Of a DNA stretch of 64,000 nucleotides, positions 9,565 through 17,755 are shown in pieces. Each line of letters opens with the position of its first letter. The stretch's first letter is position 1. Where the stretch lies: positions 1-64,000 of the forward strand of contig JAGWLG010000007.1 of NCBI GenBank assembly GCA_028864975.1, written 5' to 3'. The notes under the pieces were generated by a model. The model ran no database searches. It had not been told where the DNA came from and saw nothing but the letters and a program-made list of their open reading frames with translations. The translations under genes were made by a program, and so were the position numbers. The stretch is from Thermoplasmata archaeon. Lineage in GTDB: Archaea; Thermoplasmatota; Thermoplasmata; Lutacidiplasmatales; UBA184.

Positions 9565-10836
9565 TCAGGCGAACGAATGATTGGCCATGAGAGTTCTGTC
9601 CTCCGAACGGCCTTCGGGAGTGAGCGAGACCTGGGTTGAGCTCCCACCTGCTCCGCCAACGCGGACCTCCCGTCGGACGATGCCCTTCCGTTCCAGGCCG
9701 ACCAAGTGCCGCCAAAGGCGCGCGGGGCTCGGCGCTGAGACCCCCTCGGCATGGCAACGCACTCTCAGGAGACGACCCAGTACTCCGACGGAAAGAGGCC
9801 CGGGAGACGCCCGTAGGGACTCGAGGACGAGGGGATCGAGCGGTCCACCCTCTCGGGCGGCGACCCGAAGGCCTGCCGGGACCCCGACATCCTGAGCTTC
9901 CACTCGGCTTGACCCGCGCGATTCCGCACGGCGCCCGGCCTCGAGAAGGAGGTCCCCTACGGCGGAAAGCCCCCAGCCTCTCGCCACGCTCAGGTCCGCG
10001 AAGGCATGAATGGCCGTGGGGTCCGGCTCTTGCCGGAATGCGAGGTTCGCGCGAACCTGGGTGGCTTGGCAGAGGTCGTGGTGATTGAGGGGGGACAGAC
10101 GGGACCGGACGGCCTCCACGTCCTCGGGAAAGGCATCGCGTTCACCAGCAGCCACCACGAGGAGCGGGGGGAGACCCGCGGCGCCCTCGGGCATCAGGCG
10201 CTCGGGCCGAGCGAGGGGCCGGACCACACGGGCGAGGTCAGCTTTCGCACCAACTTGGTCAAGTAGGAGGATGGCGGGCCGGCCCATCGTCCTCAAGCGC
10301 CGGAGGAAGAGGAGCAGGCCGAACTCGGCCGAGGCTCCTCGGCCGTCGTACGACGGGTCGAGCTCGCGGAAGAGGGCGGTGGCGAGGGACGCAGGCGACC
10401 TACCGCAACCCGAGCCCCCTGCGTCCCGAGCGAGGCCCGTGCCCGAGGGGATGACCCGAGGGGCAGGGCCGGCAACCAGGGCGCTCGGAGTGCGGTGGGT
10501 GGAGGCGTCGACATGGATGACCAGAGGTGCCCCCTTCGCCCCCGGCCGGGTCAGCCGGTCCTTCGCGGTGGCGACAAGGTGGGCGGCCATCGCCGAGGTC
10601 CCCGAGCCCTTCGGGCCGAAGATGGAGACAGCGACGCGTCCCTCGTGGGCCAGGCCCCGAAGGACTCGGGTCTCGACCTCGGAGAGGACCTCGTCGCGGC
10701 CGATGAGGGCGGGCGGCGTCCAGGAGCGCTCGAGGACCTGGAGGTCGCGCCAGAGCCCGGGGGTCGCTTCCTGGGAGACTCCCAGGTTGTGGTCGTTCTC
10801 GGTCTGGGCGTGGCTGATGGTAGGCGTTGCGGACAT
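9565..10836 (-). CDS. Divergent Cdc6/Orc1-like AAA+ protein with degenerate Walker motifs
   Basis: LQVLERSWTPPALIGRDE (Cdc6 N-terminal pattern), Walker A GPKGSGTS, Walker B LLLDQV, and a C-terminal wHTH. Confidence 0.8.
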   Translation of the reverse strand: MSATPTISHAQTENDHNLGVSQEATPGLWRDLQVLERSWTPPALIGRDEVLSEVETRVLRGLAHEGRVAVSIFGPKGSGTSAMAAHLVATAKDRLTRPGAKGAPLVIHVDASTHRTPSALVAGPAPRVIPSGTGLARDAGGSGCGRSPASLATALFRELDPSYDGRGASAEFGLLLFLRRLRTMGRPAILLLDQVGAKADLARVVRPLARPERLMPEGAAGLPPLLVVAAGERDAFPEDVEAVRSRLSPLNHHDLCQATQVRANLAFRQEPDPTAIHAFADLSVARGWGLSAVGDLLLEAGRRAESRGSSRVEAQDVGVPAGLRVAAREGGPLDPLVLESLRASPGPLSVGVLGRLLRVRCHAEGVSAPSPARLWRHLVGLERKGIVRREVRVGGAGGSSTQVSLTPEGRSEDRTLMANHSFA

Positions 10837-10892
10837 CGGTCCCTCTCACGGAGCGAGAGGGACCGGGGCCTCCGGTGCACAGTCCGAAACGC

Positions 10893-11216
10893 TCAGTCGT
10901 CGTACGCGTTCTCTCTTAGCCTGAGAGTCCAGAGCAGCACGGAATCATCCGGGCGTCCAGGGCATCGTCCGCATCCCAGGGAATCTGGGCAGCTCCCTGT
11001 TCGACAAACCTTGCAGATGGTGAACCGGATTCTCCAATCGCCGACGCGAAGGCGCCGATAACAAGAAAGGGACCCTTTGAGTTGAATGGTGTTTCTGAAC
11101 GGGTCTGCGGCGAAGTCTCCTCGAATCTTTCCCTCAATCCGCTTTCGCTCGCCGACGTCGACCTTGGCGAGGGTGCGGTCGAAAGTCTCGGTAGAGAAAA
11201 CTTGGTAGGCCATCAC
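10893..11216 (-). CDS. RelE/ParE-family toxin with Cys-rich insertion
   Basis: LKGSLSCYRRLRVGDWRIRF motif. Insert CKVCRTGSCPDSLGCGRC. Overlaps the upstream antitoxin by 4 nt. Confidence 0.85.
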   Translation of the reverse strand: MMAYQVFSTETFDRTLAKVDVGERKRIEGKIRGDFAADPFRNTIQLKGSLSCYRRLRVGDWRIRFTICKVCRTGSCPDSLGCGRCPGRPDDSVLLWTLRLRENAYDD

Positions 11217-11854
11217 CCATCCGAAGGGAGCAACCGCACTCGCCCTCGTTGGATGTCCTCACGAGCTGATGCCAAGTCGGCGGAGGACTCGGGGTCGAGA
11301 AGAATCTCAAACGTTTCGAGCCAGTCCTCACCGATGTTCAAGTGAGTGGCAACCGGGCGGTCAGCGGGAGACAGTAGGCGGACTCCCATAGGTACCGAGT
11401 CTATGGACACCATCTTGTCATCTTGGGGCACCTTCAGGCTGTGGACGAAGTCAACCAGCCTGACACGACTGTAAGCGCCATACTTCCGGGCAACTTGATC
11501 AACGATCTGGGTCAATCCGGAGTTCGCTTCGAAGAACTCCTTAGCCGTCTCAAGGAACTCTCTTCCCCTCGGTGTTACGGAGTGGTCCTCAGTGATAAGC
11601 CCCGAGGCTGCCAGTCGACCCAAATCGGAGTAGACCTGTTGAGACACCGGGCCCAACTTGTCCTTAACGAACGAGTAACGGAATGCCTGGACTCCGTCCT
11701 CGGCACAGCTGCGGTTCACCAGGTACGTCCACTTGTTAGGCTTCACCGCGCCCACCGGGTGATTCTTGGGATTGGCTTCCGCCAGAAGTCGCAGGAGGAA
11801 GATTGAGTCCACGGCAGCAGTAGGGGACGGCTGTGCTCTCAGATTCTCAGGCAT
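11213..11854 (-). CDS. Panacea (DUF4065/SocA-like) antitoxin with RelB/Phd-like C-terminal peptide
   Basis: KWTYL...YSFVKDKLGPVSQQVYSDLGRLAASGLI pattern. C-tail ETFEILLDPESSADLASAREDIQRGRV. Confidence 0.7.
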   Translation of the reverse strand: MPENLRAQPSPTAAVDSIFLLRLLAEANPKNHPVGAVKPNKWTYLVNRSCAEDGVQAFRYSFVKDKLGPVSQQVYSDLGRLAASGLITEDHSVTPRGREFLETAKEFFEANSGLTQIVDQVARKYGAYSRVRLVDFVHSLKVPQDDKMVSIDSVPMGVRLLSPADRPVATHLNIGEDWLETFEILLDPESSADLASAREDIQRGRVRLLPSDG

Positions 11855-12263
11855 GCAAATTCATCGGTCCGGCGCTCTGGGGTTCGCAGTCAGGCCGCTA
11901 GAATAGGGCATGGTCGCCTGGGGGTAGGTCTGAGGAGAGGCCCTCATCCTCGGGAGGCGCTCACGCACGGATATAGTCCCCCTCAAGCCCGGAGGCACCC
12001 TGAACGAGTCGTTGCTTAAATACGTCGATGCCGCCCGTTTGGAGGGTCATACCGATATCGTCACCCGTGAATCGGTGCAGACTCGCCCGAACCGGCAAAC
12101 CCGGCGCTCCCCCGGCCTCGGCCCCGCCTCTCCAATGTAGAGGCTCACGTGCCGCGCTAGCCCCGCGAGGATTCCGCGCGGGCTGGCGTCTAGCTTGCGA
12201 TAGAGAAACTCCTCACGTATCGGCAGCCGGAAACCCCTCAGGGGGACGCGTCGGGTTCCCTCA

Positions 12264-13247
12264 TTGTCCCGCCGTCACTCCTCGACGGCAGAAGCTCCCT
12301 CAACGCTCTTGAGTCCGTGGGTTGTCGACCTCGCGAGCGGGGTAGGAGGAAGAGACTTGCCAAGGTTGCGGGGGGCCGCACGGTCGAAACTTGCCCAGCG
12401 CGCTGAGGTGGTGCTCGACCGGAAGGGGATTCGACTCCTAAACGCGGATGTCCTCAGCGTGGGGCTGGAGCCCTCCAGCGTGGACCTGATCGTCACCTCT
12501 CCCCCCTATGGCGTGGATATCAAGTACGCCACGTTCGCCGACGACCTCCCCTACGAGGCTTACCTCGACTTCACCCGGAAGTGGCTCTCGAGCTGCCTGG
12601 GGTTCCTGAAGTCGGATGGGAGACTCTGTCTCAACCTCCCTCTCGACAAGAACAAAGGGGGTCAGCAGAGCGTCTACTCTGACGTGCTCCAGGTCGCGAA
12701 GACGGCGGGCTGGAAGTACTTCAGCACGATCATCTGGAACGAGCAGAACATCTCCCGTCGGACGGCCTGGGGGTCCTGGCTGAGCGCCTCCGCTCCCTAC
12801 GTGATCGCCCCGGTGGAGGTGGTGGTCCTTCTCTACAAGGGGACCTGGGAGAAGGCCTCGAAGGGAGAGTCCGACGTCGCCCGCGACGACTTCATCGCGT
12901 GGACGAACGGGATGTGGACGTTCGGAGGGGAGACGCGGGATCTGGGTCATCCCGCCCCGTTTCCCATCGAACTCCCCCGTCGCTGCATCACGCTCTTCAG
13001 CTACGTTGGGGACACGGTCCTCGACCCCTTCGCGGGCTCCGGTTCCACCCTCCTCGCCTGCCTCGAGACACGTAGGAGGGGCATCGGCGTCGAGATCTCC
13101 AAGACCTACTGTGACCTAATCAAGAAACGCCTGACCCAGGCGCACCTCTTCGAGCGACGCCTCGACGAGGCTCCGGGAGACCCCGCCAGCGACGTTCAGG
13201 CGGGGCCGAGCTCGTCAGCCCACCGAACGAGGTCCGGGGGGAGCTGA
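12264..13247 (+). CDS. Beta-class amino (N4-C/N6-A) DNA methyltransferase; true start probably downstream
   Basis: Motif IV DLIVTSPPY precedes motif I DPFAGSGST. HPAPFP is present. Confidence 0.92.
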   Translation: MSRRHSSTAEAPSTLLSPWVVDLASGVGGRDLPRLRGAARSKLAQRAEVVLDRKGIRLLNADVLSVGLEPSSVDLIVTSPPYGVDIKYATFADDLPYEAYLDFTRKWLSSCLGFLKSDGRLCLNLPLDKNKGGQQSVYSDVLQVAKTAGWKYFSTIIWNEQNISRRTAWGSWLSASAPYVIAPVEVVVLLYKGTWEKASKGESDVARDDFIAWTNGMWTFGGETRDLGHPAPFPIELPRRCITLFSYVGDTVLDPFAGSGSTLLACLETRRRGIGVEISKTYCDLIKKRLTQAHLFERRLDEAPGDPASDVQAGPSSSAHRTRSGGS

Positions 13248-13939
13248 CGCAGGGGACGAACGATGCCCCCCAGGGTTGTGACCCCATCCCGCGACGGGAT
13301 GTAGTTCTTCCTGAACTCGGCGGCGTCCTCGACGTACAGACCGGCTAGGAAGCCCTCCGCAAGCTTTCTCGCGATGAGCGCCGTTTCCCAGGTCGGCCCC
13401 CCGAGCTCGGACTTCCAGCGACCCTTCGTTGAAGTCCCCGCATCCGGAGTTGCGACCACCACCCGGAGGTTCTTGATAGTCCGGTAGAGAAGACTGTAGA
13501 ACAGCGTCTCCGTCATTCGGGCGTGGAAGCTTGTCTTGCAGCTGATGATGGCCACCGGATAATCGTCCCTTGCGGCGATGAGGTCGATGTCGCCCCAGAC
13601 GCCCAAGTCCGCCTTCGCAAAGTTCCGGCTCACGACGGGAATTTTCAACAGCCGGTAAAGTTCGGGATGCCCTTCTTCGAGGCGCCTTGCCTTCTTCCCA
13701 TCGAGGATCTCGACACCCTCTCTTCCCAGGCGAGAGCGATCGAAGGACTCGAGACACGCCTTGACGTGAAGCTCCCAAGCGCGCCCGGATCTCGAGGCTC
13801 GCGATTGCCGTGCCCGTACCTCGGTAGCGATATCGAACGCGTCGTCCTTCAACGGTCCTAGACAAGGGACAAGCTCTACGAAAGCCCTCCCGTCGTCGCA
13901 CGGCTCGGCCGGACCGGGGAACCCACCTGCCTCGCTCAC
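13196..13939 (-). CDS. Type II restriction endonuclease, BsaWI-like PD-(D/E)XK
   Basis: GDIDLI...IISCKTSFHAR catalytic core. Convergent with the MTase. Confidence 0.7.
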   Translation of the reverse strand: MSEAGGFPGPAEPCDDGRAFVELVPCLGPLKDDAFDIATEVRARQSRASRSGRAWELHVKACLESFDRSRLGREGVEILDGKKARRLEEGHPELYRLLKIPVVSRNFAKADLGVWGDIDLIAARDDYPVAIISCKTSFHARMTETLFYSLLYRTIKNLRVVVATPDAGTSTKGRWKSELGGPTWETALIARKLAEGFLAGLYVEDAAEFRKNYIPSRDGVTTLGGIVRPLRQLPPDLVRWADELGPA

Positions 13940-14002
13940 ACTCCTCGAGAGGGCGCGCCGCCGACCCCGGGCTGGTCCGTCCGAAAACGTGGCCCGTTCG
14001 CG

Positions 14003-14566
14003 TCAGCTGAGCCCGGCAGAGCGCGCCCCCGCGCACACCGCGCCGAACGCGCACGTCCGGCACTTCCCCGGAGCGGGGTCCATCGCCCCTCGGTAGGGCT
14101 GCCGCCACTCCTCAAGCACACCGAGCACCTCGGCCCGCGCCTCATCGTCCCACCGGACGGGGATCTCCGTCCCGTCGCCGAAGGAGAGGACGCCGAAGGG
14201 CGGTGGGGCGCCGGTCGCTTCCTCCAGGAGCAGGCAGTAGGCGAGCAACTGGATCCGGTGGGAGGGGTAGGGCACCCCGCTTCGCGGCGCCCGGGTCGAT
14301 TTGATCTCGACGGGAACCAGCCGGCCGTCCCGCGAGCGGCGGAGCTCGTCGGGACGGCCTGAGAGGCGATAGCGGGGGGAGGAGAGTGTGCGCATGCCGC
14401 CGCCGAGGGACGGTTGGTCGACCGCGAGGGCGCGGGCGGGGGTGAGGACGGGAGGGTTGAAGAGGCGGTAGAGCGCCCATGCGGCGACGCCGACGAGCCC
14501 CAGGAAGAGCGCCGCGTAGACAACGTCGACCATGTCGACATTGTCGACAAAGTGGGCAATGTCCAC
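14003..14566 (-). CDS. Cas4-like PD-(D/E)XK nuclease, C-terminal half with N-terminal TM helix
   Basis: TM (VVYAALFLGLVGVAAWALY), then LSGRPDEL, VEIKS, QLLAYCLLLEE and CRTCAFGAVC. GTG at 14566 overlaps the upstream TAG. Confidence 0.85.
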   Translation of the reverse strand: MDIAHFVDNVDMVDVVYAALFLGLVGVAAWALYRLFNPPVLTPARALAVDQPSLGGGMRTLSSPRYRLSGRPDELRRSRDGRLVPVEIKSTRAPRSGVPYPSHRIQLLAYCLLLEEATGAPPPFGVLSFGDGTEIPVRWDDEARAEVLGVLEEWRQPYRGAMDPAPGKCRTCAFGAVCAGARSAGLS

Positions 14567-14856
14567 TAGAGCCACCCCAGGACGTAGGCGAGGCCCGCCC
14601 CGAGCGCGAGCGCGACCAGTAGCGCCGCCGCGTACGGCGCTCGCGACGCCTTGACCGGCATCGCGTCGACCGTCTCGATGCGCGCGTGGACCTCCTCCCC
14701 CCTGTAGAACGCCTCGACGGGGGGTCGATATTCCGCCCCCTCGGGGACGTCCTCGGGGTGGCGCTTCCAGTACCAGGCTCGCCTACAGTAGGCGAAGTCG
14801 CCGAGCTCCGAGGCGGTGGCCCAGGGGCCACCGCCGGGCCGGCCGTCCGTCTGCAC
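14566..14856 (-). CDS. Cas4-like N-terminal half with C-terminal TM helix
   Basis: TASELGDFAYCRRAWYW...RGEEVH matches the Cas4 N-terminus, followed by YAAALLVALALGAGLAYVLGWL-stop. Confidence 0.8.
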   Translation of the reverse strand: MQTDGRPGGGPWATASELGDFAYCRRAWYWKRHPEDVPEGAEYRPPVEAFYRGEEVHARIETVDAMPVKASRAPYAAALLVALALGAGLAYVLGWL

Positions 14857-14992
14857 GACCTCAAGGCTCGCGGTCCGAGTATTTCACCGTGGGGGGGATG
14901 GTGAAACCGGGGGAGGGGTGCGAAGCCGCCCCAACCGGGAGGGGGCGAGGTGGCTTAGGCAGTTGAAATAGGGGTTCCGCCGATGCCTGCCC

Positions 14993-15328
14993 ATGAGCGA
15001 GGCCGCATCAGAAGCGTGTTGCCGAGAGTGCCGAGCGAGCTCGCCTGCTTATAAGCTCGGTAGCGTCGGAAAATCAACGGAGCGCGCCCCCATGAACCCA
15101 GCGAACGAGAACCTAGACCTGTGCCCGAGCTGCCAAGAGACATTCGCACAATTGGATCCGTGCCAAGGAAAGTCGTGGTTGGGCAAGCGGATCTGCAGGC
15201 TCACTGATGCTGTAGAGGAGGTCCGAGCATTTGGGATTGGCGTCAGGTTCCGGGATCCGCGCCGCACGGCGATGCTTCCGAAAGGGCCCGGAGGAATGCC
15301 ATCATCGGCCCAACCTGACCGAGCCTAA
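14993..15328 (+). CDS. Possible small Cys-rich protein
   Basis: CCREC and CPSC motifs; AT-rich element ttgaaata just upstream. Confidence 0.3.
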   Translation: MSEAASEACCRECRASSPAYKLGSVGKSTERAPMNPANENLDLCPSCQETFAQLDPCQGKSWLGKRICRLTDAVEEVRAFGIGVRFRDPRRTAMLPKGPGGMPSSAQPDRA

Positions 15329-15365
15329 TCGGCGGCCCCGACATCTTTCCAACTTTGCCGACGCC

Positions 15366-15389
15366 GACTGGGCGTAGCTACGCCCAGTC
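15366..15389. repeat. Perfect 24-bp palindrome
   Basis: gactgggcgtag|ctacgcccagtc, with no spacer. Confidence 0.95.
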
Positions 15390-15510
15390 CGCGCAGAGGA
15401 GCTCGGCCTGCTGGAGAAGCCCGAAGTCAATCGCCCCGATAGCGAAATGGTTCGCCGTCGCGCTTCGTGGACTTCCCCCGGTTCTCCAGAGAAGCCGAGT
15501 GAACGAACCC

Positions 15511-16179
15511 CTAGCGACTCGCTCGAGATCTCCTGCCGTACACCGGGCGCCACACCCCTGGTCGATGCTCGTATTTCCAGAAGTCCCGCCCGTTTACCTT
15601 GTACGGGCACACCCACTGTGCCGCCTCGGTCATGCTACTGAAGTACGTACCGTTGAGCAGCACTCGCCCGTCCTGGAGCAGTAGGGCACCGATCCTCCGT
15701 TTCCGCGTTTGGCCCACGAGTATGCCCCCGCTCCGAAGAATCCTCTTTCGGAGTCTGGCTGGGAGCTCCCTCCCCCTCGCAGAGACGTCGCGGCGCAGCA
15801 GCGCCCGGGCATCCGCGCGGTGGGATGCCTGGTCGAGCAAGTGGTTGAGATCCAGCGCTCGCACGAGTTTACCTCGCTGGCGTATTCCCGGCACGTCAGG
15901 ACTGACGTGGTGTAGGAGAGCCTCAAGCCCTCGCACATTGATGAGCGGGGGAGAGGAGTACACGCTGAATCTGTTCCAACTGCTGCGATGGCGGTCCTTC
16001 CCATGCTGATTGAGGCGCGTCCAGAGATTCGTGGCCATCCCCACGTAATAGAGAGACTTGCCGGAGTAGAGCGCGTAGATCCCGGGTCTTCGGCTCAGGA
16101 ACTTCTGAAGAGTTCGACTGTCCAGGAGCGCGCGGTCTAGCTTCTCAGCGTAGGTGTCGACGATTGCCTTCGTCGTCAT
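15511..16179 (-). CDS. GIY-YIG nuclease fused to a RAMA-like domain
   Basis: GIYALY...YYVGMATNLWTRLNQH...LEALL. C-terminal LLQDGRVLLNGTYFSSMTEAA...NGRDFWK. Confidence 0.75.
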   Translation of the reverse strand: MTTKAIVDTYAEKLDRALLDSRTLQKFLSRRPGIYALYSGKSLYYVGMATNLWTRLNQHGKDRHRSSWNRFSVYSSPPLINVRGLEALLHHVSPDVPGIRQRGKLVRALDLNHLLDQASHRADARALLRRDVSARGRELPARLRKRILRSGGILVGQTRKRRIGALLLQDGRVLLNGTYFSSMTEAAQWVCPYKVNGRDFWKYEHRPGVWRPVYGRRSRASR

Positions 16180-16297
16180 TGTTTGAGAGGATGACTGTTC
16201 GGCGCTCTTAGACCATTCGAGAGCAGGGTCGGGTGGGATTGAGAAACCAACCTACTCAAGTGGTTGCGCGACGCCCCGCGGGACTGGGCCTAAATCG

Positions 16298-16501
16298 TTA
16301 CGACCAGTCTGCTGACAGCAACTCCGCTTGGTGCAGAACGATGCGGGTCGCCTTCTCCTTCTTGTCGGCCGGGTAACCGTGCGCCTTGAGGACGCGTTTC
16401 AACATGATGCGGAGCTTCGCTCGGACGCTCTCGCGGCTCGTCGGGTCGATGGAGACGTTCTTGCGGACGATCTCGACGAGCTCAAACCGGGACGACTCCA
16501 A
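16298..16501 (-). pseudogene. C-terminal remnant of a type I HsdR (DUF3387-like)
   Basis: [50 protein letters not shown] matches the extreme C-terminus of HsdR. Confidence 0.75.
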
Positions 16502-17552
16502 AGGACTTCGCAGCTCTGACCGCCGCGCTCGACGAACCCAATCGGTCGCTGACGGTGGTCACCTTTGGTTTCTCGTCTCGATCAAGCCAGCCTAGGATGT
16601 CCGAAGGGTGTGGATGCAAAACGACCATTCGCTTCGGACCGGAGTGCAAAGCCTCCTTGATGACCGTCCTGATGAACTCGTCCTGGAACGAATAACCGAT
16701 GAAGAGCCAACAGTCCCGCTGACTCAGGTCCAACTTGAACTGTGCCAGCAGGTCCATCCAAGGACGTAGATAGAGGTCCTTCTGTTGGATCGGGTAGAGC
16801 ATCACTTGGGCGTCTATTGGAACATCCCCAACGTGCCCTCCCCCCTTCGGGTGCTCAACCACCCTTCCGTCCCGGAGGAGGTACCAGTCGAAGGATCCGT
16901 GAAGCTTCACGAGCCGTGGATCGTTTGCGTTGAGTTGTGAAACATGGAAGACCGGGGTTCGTGTCTCGTCGAGCATGAAGGGAGTGTTCAGCAGGCCCCT
17001 CCCATGGAAGAGGCGCTCTACCACGAAGTCATAGTTCGTCGTGAAGATTGGAAACTGAACTCGTGTGAACGGTCCCTTTCGGGAGTCCGAAGGAGGGGCA
17101 AAGGCACCCTGCACAGTTTCGAGCTCTTGGAACAGATTGAGAAAGGGACGGAACAGTTCTGGCCCGCCAGTGTCGAGCGTTTCGGGAGAGCAGAGGGCTC
17201 GAACCCTTTCCTTCAAAGTGGTCAGCAGGTTCTCCGCGAGTTGGCTTTCGCGCTTACCACTCGAGAGCGAGGACCTTGGGCTCTCCTGCAATACTTCGGA
17301 CACGAGATACCAACTTGGGTACCCGAGATCTTCCGCGGTAAGGTCCTTCGCAATTGCGTCAACGATACTGAAGATTGACTCAATGTCCGGGGTCACCCTG
17401 TGGCGCTTGAAACCACCCATGATCTCGTCGAATAGATCTCGCTCTCGACCCTCCTCGATCTCGTCGAAAATCGCGGGAACCAGCTCCCTCATCGTAGGGA
17501 CGCCAAGCGCTCGCGAGGCCCCCGCTCCAAGGAAAACCAGGAATCGACTCAC
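16482..17552 (-). CDS. SIR2-like (SIR2_2) defence-type protein
   Basis: FLGAGAS, IFTTNYD, LVKLHGS and FIGYSFQD motifs. Confidence 0.9.
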   Translation of the reverse strand: MSRFLVFLGAGASRALGVPTMRELVPAIFDEIEEGRERDLFDEIMGGFKRHRVTPDIESIFSIVDAIAKDLTAEDLGYPSWYLVSEVLQESPRSSLSSGKRESQLAENLLTTLKERVRALCSPETLDTGGPELFRPFLNLFQELETVQGAFAPPSDSRKGPFTRVQFPIFTTNYDFVVERLFHGRGLLNTPFMLDETRTPVFHVSQLNANDPRLVKLHGSFDWYLLRDGRVVEHPKGGGHVGDVPIDAQVMLYPIQQKDLYLRPWMDLLAQFKLDLSQRDCWLFIGYSFQDEFIRTVIKEALHSGPKRMVVLHPHPSDILGWLDRDEKPKVTTVSDRLGSSSAAVRAAKSFGVVPV

Positions 17553-17755
17553 CCTCAGAGACCTCGGCCGAACGTGTCAAGAGGTAAGAGTATAGAATCG
17601 CTTGGACCCACCAGCTTTCTGCGTTGGGGGTGGTCTGCAGTCATGGTCCGCACTCGCCCCGTCCCTTCCTGACCGGAGAGCTGATGGCCGCCCCCCGGGG
17701 GTTCCTGGTCCGGGAAGTTCACCCTGATATCCTGCCACGGCGCTCCATACCCGCC

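Noticed and set aside
9628-9658. tRNA-3'-end-like string (GGGTTGAGCTCCCACCTGCTCCGCCA), with similar strings at about 5645-5668 and 8520-8540
   Set aside because: It is the reverse complement of the GGAGGSST codons of the wHTH. The T-loop is not TTCRA and there is no 5' half. The resemblance to tRNA-type att sites is intriguing but unsupported.
10836-12260. Replication origin near the cdc6-like gene
   Set aside because: No ORB or mini-ORB repeats and no extended AT-rich unwinding element seen; the Cdc6 looks ATPase-degenerate.
14525-14548. Three GTCGAC hexamers at 9-nt period
   Set aside because: Explained by the VDN-VDM-VDV codons. GTCGAC is common throughout this GC-rich window.
14860-15000. 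CRISPR array or structured RNA next to the Cas4-like genes (contains GTTGAAAT)
   Set aside because: No repeated unit with regular spacing; single occurrence, and no convincing fold by eye.
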